From contig OX597819.1 in assembly GCA_951406725.2 (NCBI GenBank), positions 71,114,001 through 71,178,000 on the forward strand: a DNA stretch of 64,000 bases, given 5' to 3'. The notes below the pieces were generated by a model. It did no database searches and had not been told where the DNA came from. It saw only the letters and a list, made by a program, of their open reading frames with translations. This DNA is from Octopus vulgaris (Eukaryota). This document shows positions 26,675 to 37,300 of the stretch, piece by piece (the stretch's first letter is position 1; each line of letters begins with the position of its first letter). The position numbers were made by a program, and so were the translations under genes.

Positions 26675-27865
26675 ATGCACAATAGTCACTGAAAATAACT
26701 AGAAGCAGTCGATGAAAAGTAACTAGAGAGTGAACAGCAGTTGATGAAAAGTAACTAGAATTGACAGCAGTCGATGAAAAGTAACTAGAGTGGACGGTAG
26801 CTGAGGTAAAGTAACTAGAGTGGACAACTGTTCATGAAAAGTAACTAGAGTGGACAGCAGTTGATGAAAAGTAACTAGAATTGACAACAGTTGATGAAAA
26901 GTAACTAGAGTGGACGGTAGCTGAGGTAAAGTAACTAGAGTGGACAACTGTTCATGAAAAGTAACTAGAGTGGACAGCAGTTGATGAAAAGTAACTAGAA
27001 TTGACAACAGTTGATGAAAAGTAACTAGAGTGCACGGTAGCTGAGGTAAAGTAACTAGAGTGGACAACTGTTCATGAAAAGTAACTAGAGTGGACAGCAG
27101 TTGATGAAAAGTAACTAGAATTGACAACAGTTGATGAAAAGTAACTAGAGTGGACGGTAGCTGAGGTAAAGTAACTAGAGTGGACAACTGTTCATGAAAA
27201 GTAACTAGAGTGGACAGCAGTTGATGAAAAGTAACTAGAATTGACAGTAGTCGATGAAAAGTAACTAGAGTGGACGGTAGCTGAGGTAAAGTAACTAGAG
27301 TGGACAACTGTTCATGAAAAGTAACTAGAATTGACAGCAGTCGATGAAAAGTAACTAGAGTGGACGGTAGCTGAGGTAAAGTAACTAGAGTGGACAGCAG
27401 TCGAGGTAAAGTAAATTGATTGGACGATTGTTGATGAAAAGTAACTTGAGTGGACAACTGTCCATGAAAAGTAACTAGAGTGGACAGCAGTTGATGAAAA
27501 GTAACTAGAATTGACAGCAGTTGATGAAAAGTAACTAGAGTGGACAACTGTCCATGAAAAGTAACTAGAGTGGACAGCAGTTGATGAAAAGTAACTAGAA
27601 TTGACAACAGTTGATGAAAAGTAACTAGAGTGGACGATAGCTGAGGAAAAGTAACTAGAGTGGACAATTGTCCATGAAAAGTAACTAGAATGGACAGCAG
27701 TTGATCAAAAGTAACTAGAATTGACAACAGTTGATGAAAAGTAACTAGAGTGGACGGTAGCTGAGGTAAAGTAACTAGAGTGGACAACTGTTCATGAAAA
27801 GTAACTAGAGTGGACAGCAGTTGATGAAAAGTAACTAGAATTGACAACAGTCGATGAAAAGTAAC
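26675..27865 (-). repeat. 30-bp tandem array 1 (~39 units); detached 3' part of the repeat exon
   Basis: Consensus gtaactagagtggacagcagttgatgaaaa; minus-strand open frame (LVTFHQLLST)n; degenerate terminal units at 26675-26735; no upstream exons attached. Confidence 0.95.
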
Positions 27866-28050
27866 ATCCTTAGAAAAACCCTATCAATGTAAATGTCTGT
27901 GTTTGCATTACATGGAGATATATCTCTACTTCCCCTCCCCAAGCTTTCAGCTATATTTCAACAACTCTTAACCTTCACTTGCCCTAGGGCGCTGGGTGTG
28001 CCCCGGCAGGTGATTGCACCAAACATGCAGATTAAAAGTAAATGACAATG
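27864..28050 (+). mobile_element. R4/Dong-like extreme 3' end, family D
   Basis: ILRKTLSM* plus 3' UTR then (TAA)n; reverse complement of 61021-61206. Confidence 0.85.
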
Positions 28051-28085
28051 ATAATAATAATAATAATGATAATAATAATAATAAC

Positions 28086-28135
<50 letters not shown>

Positions 28136-28699
28136 TAATAATAATAATAATAATAATAATTGCTATAGTTATTATTATCATAATAATAATAAAACAATAA
28201 CAACAACCATAAAAATGAAGGAAATACTTTTTACTATATTGGTATTCAAAAATTTTGCATATTATATACGAGTATATAAGTTATATAGACTAGTAGAAGC
28301 AGTAGTGATTTTTTTTGTTTTACATTAAGGACATTAGAATCATGTACCATCTCCAGAAGATTGCCTTTAATTTCGCAGGTATTTGGTACTAACATTTGTT
28401 TATGAAATCAAGTGTTTATTTCACAGTAGCAAGAGAAAAAGAAGCCGAACTCGATTAAAGCGGACTGTAATTATTTATGAGTATACAGGGTTGGTCAACA
28501 CCTGACGGTAAATCAAAACACATTTCATTCTAAGATTAAAACAAAAAAAAATTATTTTATATCAGACTTCGCTAATAAAAAGACAAGTGTTAAAAAAAAA
28601 GAATGATTTTTAACTAGCAGCATTCAATTATTAAACATTCATAATTGGAATGGATAAATAAAATTGAATGTTATGCATTAATAGAATTTTGATCTACGC

Positions 28700-28886
28700 A
28701 GTTACTTGAGGCCACGTAGCAAAAAATATATGATACGTTGCTTACTCAGCCTCTCTCTTGACATCAGTATCTACCTGTTTCATCCTCTGAGAGAGTCGAC
28801 ACAACATTTTCACTGGATCATTTTAGGACACAACATTGAATTAAATACCTCAATTTCTACTCATTCCAAGTCATAACACAATAATT
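28700..28886 (+). promoter_or_regulatory. Putative core promoter/5' UTR of gene copy 1
   Basis: TATA-like AATATATA (~28724) and Inr-like TCAGT (28764) upstream of ATGG|GTAAGA; inferred from position. Confidence 0.35.
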
Positions 28887-29176
28887 ATGGGTAAGAAAAG
28901 TTTTGTTTTTATGTTATGATAATTAATTTTATGGGATGTGTATAAGATTACATCATGATCGCCGCAATGAAAAAGCAGCAAGAAGGAAGGTAGCCATATT
29001 GGAAATGAACAAGTGAATTATGATTTAATAATATTTTCTTAAATTTTTCGCATTGTTTTTCGAAACGTACGTATGCATAGAATCCAGTTTTGTAATAAAT
29101 CTATTTCTGTTTCAACATCTCTCCATTTTTTAAAATTTGTTTATCGTATATTCTTATACCTATAACGAATCTCCTC

Positions 29177-29223
<47 letters not shown>

Positions 29224-32200
29224 TGTATGTATGTATGTATGTATGTATGTATGTATGTATGTATGTATGTATGTATGTATGTGTGTGTGTGTGTGTCTGT
29301 CTGTGTGTGTATCTCTGTCTGTCTGTGTGTGCGTATTTTCATATATACACCTTATAACTGCTATCCTGTAATAAAATTATTACTTAGAATTAAAAAGTAT
29401 TACATTTTCCAGTCTTCTGTCAATTGAATGAACTTACAAAGCTTTAATTGGCCCCGGGACCTTTGTAGAAAGTGCAATAGGGTTGAACACAATATGTCGT
29501 TGTAAAGCGAAGTTGTTAATGCCTCAAAATTGCTCTTCTATTTTTCGTCTTTCGTTTTCTACTATCGTCCCATCAACCGAACAAATATAAACAAAATATA
29601 AAAAATATTTATATGGAATAATGCTGATCGCCACCATTACTATAAAAAGACGGTATTCTTTCTCTCCTTGCTTTCCGTTGACACACTGCTGGTACCAAAT
29701 AAACTTTTTTTTTGTCAGAGCTTGACTTTAGCATCTGAATGTAATAGTTTGTCGAAGTCGAAACATTTCTAGCATCAAATATTGATGAAATACTAATATC
29801 TTCACATTTCCTTCATCATTTTCTCATTTAGATATAAAATATATTTTGTTTGCGATCATTCTATTTGCGGCAATACGACTCGCAAATACATCCAAGCAAT
29901 CAACAACAAATGATGCTGAGTTGGTATTGAAAACCATCGAAATATTATCGGGAGATGGAAACATTACTTTCAAAATTTATGTAAGTATTCACTTAATTCT
30001 CTAAGATTTAGTCATTTCTGTTTTATTCTATATTATGAAAGGTGCGTGTAAAAACCGTCCCACGTTTTACAGTTTGACAAATGGAAAAGTAGAAAGTGTA
30101 CGATGTACACCAATCCAAATTGTGATGATAACTAAAAAAGAAATGATGAACCCTTCCCCTCAATTACATAAAGACACAATTATTATCTGTTTAACTTCAC
30201 TAGCATATTACCGAACCGCTAGGTTTTGAATACGTAAGCAAATGAACACCGATATATATTGACATTTCAATGTAGCACCTTCCGTTTTGGCTTGGGGGTC
30301 GCTGTTTACGTACATACTAGATAATTTTATCCAGTCTTTATATATCTAAAAACATTATTGTAACATATTCTCCTACAGTGCACACCGAGGTCTATAAACG
30401 AATGCTATCAATTTACTCACATTTTGAGAAACGTTCTTCCGTTGCCTCAGATGTACATTCAAGAGAAAATCCCCATGGACCAGAAGGTATGTCTAAACTA
30501 TTTTACAGTTAATTCAGATTTTAAAACCTTTCTTACTGACATGTTTTGTTTTTAATTTTCTACCCTGATAGAATGTTACATGTTGATGATAAAATCACAT
30601 TCATTTTCGGTAGAAATAAATAATAAAATCATTACAAAGCCTTAACGTTTGAAATTTTCGACAATCATAAACTTCCAAAGGCGACATACCCTAAGTCGCA
30701 ATTTCCATGTGTTCACGATAACATTTTACCATTGTGAATCGTGAAAGAATTTTGTTTTTCAAGAAAAGAAATGAATGACAGAAAACGAAAAACATTGAGG
30801 AGCTGAAAGAAATAATGAAATGTAATAACAAGTCGTTTTTGCAAAGCGTTTTAGGTTAAAATGAGCTGTAAGACTTCCAAACTTATAACAGACAAGTTAT
30901 TTTAAATTATGTGTATGGGGTGATCAAACTTTTAGTCGGTAGATTATAAATCTATTTAAAGGGATTACTTTCTCATGATTTAATATTCTATAGAAAATAA
31001 TAAATTGAAAATATTGACATACAAAACTGTCAATAAATATAAAATATATGAATTCTCTGAAATCATCTATCATTACAGATGGCCCTAGTCAACATCTTTC
31101 CCAAACTCGGGGAAAACGCCACCGTGATTGAAATCCAAGTGGAAAGAGAAAATGACCGTGTGTGTGTTCCTGCTAAACTCATAGTAGTGCCGGCTGCCTG
31201 TTCTAAGCTTACTGCTGATTCAAAGGCTAAGCGTTATTGCTATTTGAGATTTGTTGAATCCTATGTAACTGACCTGAATCTGCTGGTAAGCATCGATATT
31301 GCAATCATTTCTTGGTGTCTTCTCTATTGAATATAGTCGTAAGTGGATTGATATGAGTGGTTATGAACCTCGCTTCTCAGGTATGAAGAGATAGGTTCGA
31401 TTCTCTTGCTCAGCACATTGGGAGTTGGAAATTATAAGGAAGCTCGATTTAGTGTGTGTGTATATATACGAAGTGGTATCAAAAGATTCCAGGACTCGCC
31501 ATGTTTAATAAAAAGGTAAATTATTTACCTAAGTTTTAACATCGTCTCCATGAAAATAGTCACCTTGCTCAGCAATACACCGGTCCCAGCATTCCTGCCA
31601 CTTTGATGTCCAGCCTGGGAGTCGTTTTCTACAGGCGAGTCAAGGATCTTCTGCGATTCGCTCTAGATCTCGACAACGGTGTTAAAACGGCGACCTTTGA
31701 GCTGCGTTTTCATCTTGGGGAAGAGTTGGAAGTCAGCAAGTGCTAAATCTGGCGAATAGGGTGGGTACGGAAGTGATACCATTTTATTTTTGGCGAGAAA
31801 CTCACGAGTGAGGAGAGCTTGATGACAGGGAGCATTGTGGTCGTGAAGAATCCAATGTTTCACGCTCCACAGATCCGGTCTCTCTCGCCGAATGTCCTCC
31901 ATCAAGCGCTTCCAAACGCCACAATAGAACTCTCGATTGATATATATATATATATCCTTTGCACGCGCGCGCACACACACATATTCTGTATTTAGCTTAC
32001 TATTAGTTGGTAGTTATGGAATAAATGTTATCTCTACTATTGCTACTTGTTCATGCATGCAATGTTGATTTTGATTGGTTAGTGTCACTATAGACCTAGG
32101 AAACCGGATATTCACCATTTAAGTTGTAGGACTCGAATCGCTCAATGCCCATTAATCTTACTTTTACTTAGTCTGTTCCTCTTATAATAATTTATATTTT

Positions 32201-34273
32201 TTTCATACATTACAGAGGCCCTTGGATTCTCGTGACACAGTAGAAGATGAAACGCATTTATTACGAAAAGAAGCTTCAGCTTTTCATCGACTATTGTCCA
32301 CTCAAGTTACTTTTCATCAACAATTGTCCAATCAATTTACTTTACCTCGACTGCTGCCCAATCTAGTTATTTCTCATCGACTGTGGTCCACTCTAGTTTC
32401 TTTTCATCAACTGCTGTCAATTCTAGTTACTTTTCATGAACAATTGTCCACTCTAGTTACTTTTCCTCAGCTATCGTCCACTCTAGTTACTTTTCATCAA
32501 CTGTTGTCAATTCTAGTTACTTTTCATCAACTGCTGTCCACTCTAGTTACTTTTCATGGACAGTTGTCCACTCAAGTTACTTTTCATCAACAATCGTCTA
32601 ATCAATTTACTTTACCTCGACTGCTGTCCACTCTAGTTACTTTTCATCGACTGCTGTCCACTCTAGTTACTTTTCATGGAAAGTTGTCCACTCTAGTTAC
32701 TTTACCTCAGCTACCGTCCACTCTAGTTAATTTTCATCGACTGCTGTCAATTCTAGTTACTTTTCATGAACAGTTGTCCACTCTAGTTACTTTACCTCAG
32801 TTACCGTCCACTCTAGTTACTTTTCATCGACTACTGTCAATTCTAGTTACTTTTCATCAACTGCTGTCCACTCTAGTTACTTTTCATGAACAGTTGTCCA
32901 ATCTAGTTACTTTACCTCAGCTACCGTCCACTCTAGTTACTTTTTATCAACTGTTGTCAATTCTAGTTACTTTTCATCAACTGCTGTCCACTCTAGTTAC
33001 TTTTCATGAACAGTTGTCCACTCTAGTTACTTTACCTCAGCTACCGTCCACTCTAGTTACTTTTCATCAACTGTTGTCAATTCTAGTTACTTTTCATCAA
33101 CTGCTGTCCATTCTAGTTACTTTTCATGGACAATTGTCCACTCTAGTTACTTTTCCTCAGCTATGGTCCACTCTAGTTACTTTTCATCAACTGTTGTCAA
33201 TTCTAGTTACTTTTCATCAACTGCTGTCCACTCTAGTTACTTTTCATGGACAGTTGTCCACTCAAGTTACTTTTCATCAACAATCGTCCAATCAATTTAC
33301 TTTACCTCGACTGCTGTCAATTCTAGTTACTTTTCATGAACAGTTGTCCACTCTAGTTACTTTACCTCAGCTATCGTCCACTCTAGTTACTTTTCATCGA
33401 CTACTGTCAATTCTAGTTACTTTTCATCAACTGCTGTCCACTCTAGTTACTTTTCATGAACAGTTGTCCACTCTAGTTACTTTACCTCAGCTACCGTCCA
33501 CTCTAGTTACTTTTCATCAACTGTTGTCAATTCTAGTTACTTTTCATCAACTGCTGTCCACTCTAGTTACTTTTCATGAACAGTTGTCCACTCTAGTTAC
33601 CTTACCTCAGCTACCGTCCACTCTAGTTACTTTTCATCAACTGTTGTCAATTCTAGTTACTTTTCATCAACTGCTGTCCATTCTAGTTACTTTACATGGA
33701 CAATTGTCCACTCTAGTTACTTTTCCTCAGCTATCGTCCACTCTAGTTACTTTTCATCAACTGTTGTCAATTCTAGTTACTTTTCATCAACTGCTGTCCA
33801 CTCTAGTTACTTTTCATGGACAGTTGTCCACTCAAGTTACTTTTCATCAACAATCGTCCAATCAATTTACTTTACCTCGACTGCTGTCCACTCTAGTTAC
33901 TTTTCATCAACTGCTGTCCACTCTAGTTACTTTTCATGGACAGTTGTCCACTCTAGTTACTTTACCTCAGCTACCGTCCACTCTAGTTACTTTTCATCGA
34001 CTACTGTCAATTCTAGTTACTTTTCATGAACAGTTGTCCACTCTAGTTACTTTACCTCAGCTACCGTCCACTCTAGTTACTTTTCATCGACTACTGTCAA
34101 TTCTAGTTACTTTTCATCAACTGCTGTCCACTCTAGTTACTTTTCATGAACAGTTGTCAGTCCACTCTAGTTACGTTACCTCAGCTACCGTCCACTCTAG
34201 TTACTTTTCATCAACTGTTGTCAATTCTAGTTACTTTTCATCAACTGCTGTCCACTCTAGTTACTTTTCATGA
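28887..34273 (+). CDS. Spliced gene, copy 1: putative secreted protein with Cys-containing N-domain and ~68 decapeptide repeats (~841 aa)
   Basis: Exons 28887-28890, 29832-29980, 30379-30486, 31079-31285, 32216-34273. All introns are GT..AG with pyrimidine tracts; phases 1,0,0,0 give one ORF starting with MDIKYILFAIILFAAIRLANT (signal-peptide-like). Confidence 0.8.
29832..29980 (+). CDS. Exon 2 of copy 1 (signal peptide)
   Basis: ttctcatttag|AT ATA AAA...ATT TAT|gtaagt encodes IKYILFAIILFAAIRLANTSKQSTTNDAELVLKTIEILSGDGNITFKIY. Confidence 0.8.
30379..30486 (+). CDS. Exon 3 of copy 1
   Basis: ttctcctacag|TGC...AAG|gtatgt encodes CTPRSINECYQFTHILRNVLPLPQMYIQEKIPMDQK. Confidence 0.75.
31079..31285 (+). 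CDS. Exon 4 of copy 1
   Basis: cattacag|ATG GCC...CTG CTG|gtaagc; 69 codons, open in phase 0, 3 Cys. Confidence 0.8.
31469..31937 (-). mobile_element. Mariner 3' fragment in intron 4
   Basis: WILHDHNAPCH...PYPPYSPDLALADFQLFPKMK; TIR-like cgaagtggtatcaaaagattcc. Confidence 0.85.
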
Positions 34274-34322
34274 ACAGTTGTCCACTCTAGTTACTTTACC
34301 TCAGCTACCGTGCACTCTAGTT
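32271..34322 (+). repeat. 30-bp tandem array 2 (~68 units) within exon 5 of copy 1
   Basis: Consensus ttttcatcaactgctgtccactctagttac; a 4-nt insertion near 34157 shifts the frame. Confidence 0.95.
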
Positions 34323-37300
34323 AAATAAACAGATGTTCTGATTTATCAAATAGAAAACTCAACCAATTACATTCGTTGGAGAAAGGGAGACAATAATGTC
34401 CTCCACCTCGCTAACAATAATGCAAAGCTTACTGTGGCTTCCTCAAACTCCTATTGCAAGCTAAAAATGGGAAAATGCCATGAGCTAACAGCACTATTAC
34501 TAGTTCAATAAGGAATACTGCTCTGCCTCTAATCATCCAAGCTGGTATTACTACTCCATTCATTCAATCCTGGAATTGTACCCTTTAGACGATCAAGTAA
34601 GATATTCCTTTAACCAGTAACTTTGAACTACATCTGTTCAGCATATTTCCTAACACTTTACTCATTAATGAACGATTTAGTTTCAGCTCTGGCTGCTTCA
34701 GACTGACAACATCACTCCGTTTCTTTAACCATGCTGCATCTCCATTATGATTGACTGGTTTATACCAAATATTACTCCACAATTTTGGAGCTTCTTCTGA
34801 ATTAAGTTTTCTCATCTTCAGTACTTTCTCCAACATAATTTATTTGGCTGTAAAACCTGATAGAACTTCTAGAGAGATTGACAGGCAATAAACAACTAAG
34901 CTTTAAGAGATTTCCTCCACAGATTTGATGTCAATGCAACTCATCACCAGCGCAATGATAAACAGATGTTCTGAGTTATCAAATAGAAAACATGACTGTA
35001 TACGTCTGTTGGAGGAAAGAAGACAATAATGTCCTGCATCCCACCAACAATAATGCAACGCTTACTGGGGTCACCTGCACCCCTACTGCAGGGTAAAAAG
35101 GGGCAAGTGAATTAAACGAACAGCACTTTTACTAGTTTTGTGGAAGGAAACAAACGAATATGGTCAGATTATATATGACTGATTGGCCAATATCGAAGGA
35201 ATACACCAAGAGACTAGAATTTGTTGAAAGAAGTAAATAACTGACCTTAACCCAAACTATAGCAAATGTATCGGGTTATCTACCAAGTAATATCCGAATT
35301 TTGGGTAAGAATTGAAAGTGATTGTTAAGATAAGTCGTTTTCTTCTTCCTACAAATTGTAGCCCCTTGGTGTATTCCCTCGATATTGACCAGTCAGACAT
35401 ATATAATCTGATCATATTCATTTGTGTTTCCTTCCACAAAACTAGTAATAGTACTGTTGGTTTAATTCAGTTTCCTATTTTCACCCCTGCTATAGGCGTG
35501 GAGGTGGCCCAGTAAGCATCATGTTGCATCTTAATTATGGTTGACTGGCTTATACCAAATATTACTCTACAATTTCCGATCTTCTTCTGCATAACGTTTT
35601 CTTATTTTCAGTACTTTCTTCTACATCATTTTGTTTTGGCTGTAGAGCCTGAATGAACATATAGAAAGAATGGCAGGCAATAAACAAGTAAACTTTAAGA
35701 TTTTTCCAGTCCATAAATTTGATGTGAATGCAATTCAACACCAGCGCATTGATAAACAGATGTTCTTAGTTATCAAATCGAAAACCCGACCAATTACGTC
35801 TATTGGAGAAAGGAAGACAATAATATCCTTCACCCCACCAACAATAATGCAAGGCTTACTGGTGCCACCTGCACACCTACTGCAAGGTTAACGATGGGAA
35901 GATGCCATAATCTAACAACACTATTACTAGTTTTGTGGAACGATACACGAATGAATATGGTCAGATTATATATGACTGACTAGCGAATATCGGGGGGCTA
36001 CCATTTGTAGGAAAATATAAATATCTGATCTTCACCTAAACTGTTGCAAATGTATCAGGTCATCTAATAAGCAGTAAGAAAGAAAACCGACTGAATGTCA
36101 CATTTTATCAAATTTAATCATCCTTTTTTTATAATTACCATGATTATCAATGACTTCCTTCCATCTACTTATCAGATTTTGTATTTCATTAAAAAAACTC
36201 TTTTGGCTGTGATGTGATGAAAAAAGTGAGATCACTTTCGACACGCTTGCGCCTTTTGAGTAATAATTCATCGAAAGCATTCTGTAGCATTCATTTTCTT
36301 CTTGAAGCAAATTCTGGTTGTCAAGATGTTCGGAAATGCTTTCTGAGAGCGTTGCTGTTAACAGCTTCCACAAGTGACTGATCTAGAGTTACTAGCTTCC
36401 TTAGCCTTGCGTTTGCCTTCAATAAAGAGTACTACTCTCCCTCTAAAACATCCAAGGTGGTATTAATACTCCATTCACTCAAGCCTGGAATTGTTCCCTC
36501 AGTTTCTCAAGTAAGATACTAAATTTCTTTAACCTGAACCTTTGAGGTAAATCTGTTCTTGGCCCATCTAATTCAGCATATTTCTTTACACTTTACTCAT
36601 TAATGTACTATTTAGTTTCAGATCTGGCTGCTTCCCACTGACAACTTCCCTCGTTTCTTTAACCATACTGCATCGCCATTATGATTTACTGGCTTATACA
36701 AAATATTACTCCACAACTATCTAGCTTCTTCTGCATTAAGTTTTCTCATCTTCAGTACTTTCTTCAACATCATTTATTTGGCTATAAAATCTGAATGAAC
36801 TTCTAGAGAGATTGGAAGGCAATAACCAACTAAGCTTTAAGAGGTTTCCTCACCACAGATTTGATGTCAATGCAACTCATCACCAGTGCAATAATAAACA
36901 AATGTTCTGGGTTATCAAATAGAAAACATGACTGCATACGTCTACGTCTGTTGGAGAAAGGGAGACAATAATGTCCTCCACCCCACCAACAATAACACGA
37001 AGCTTACTGGATCTATGCCTACTGCAATGTTTACGATGGGAAAATACCATAAGACTACTGTACTATTACTAGTTTTCGGAAAAAAAGCACAAATGAATAT
37101 GATCAGATTATGCATTACTGATTGGCCCATATCGAGGGAACACACCAATCTGTAGCGGAACAACCCATTTTGGCACAAACTATAGCAAATGTATCAGGTC
37201 ATCTAATAAGCAATATTCGAATTTTGGGTAAGAGAGAAAAGTGATTTCATCTCACATTTTTTTAAACTTTAATCATCCTTTTAATAACACTGGTCAATAA

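Noticed and set aside
26675-27865. CRISPR-like appearance of the 30-bp arrays (constant core plus variable part)
   Set aside because: The variable parts are a few recurring point variants, not unique spacers; there are no cas genes; the context is eukaryotic and the repeat is a spliced exon.
30379-30486. Alternative phase-1 reading of exon 3 (HTEVYKRMLSIYSHFEKR...)
   Set aside because: It is open, but exon 2 ends in phase 0 and exon 4 has a TGA in phase 1.
32281-32320. Programmed -1 frameshift or alternative acceptor entering the Ser/Thr frame
   Set aside because: No canonical X XXY YYZ heptamer, and the nearby AG dinucleotides I checked do not put a phase-0 splice into that frame.
32437-32439. 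Selenocysteine interpretation of the periodic TGAs
   Set aside because: The TGA alternates with Ser/Trp codons rather than Cys, lies outside the spliced frame, and no SECIS was recognised.
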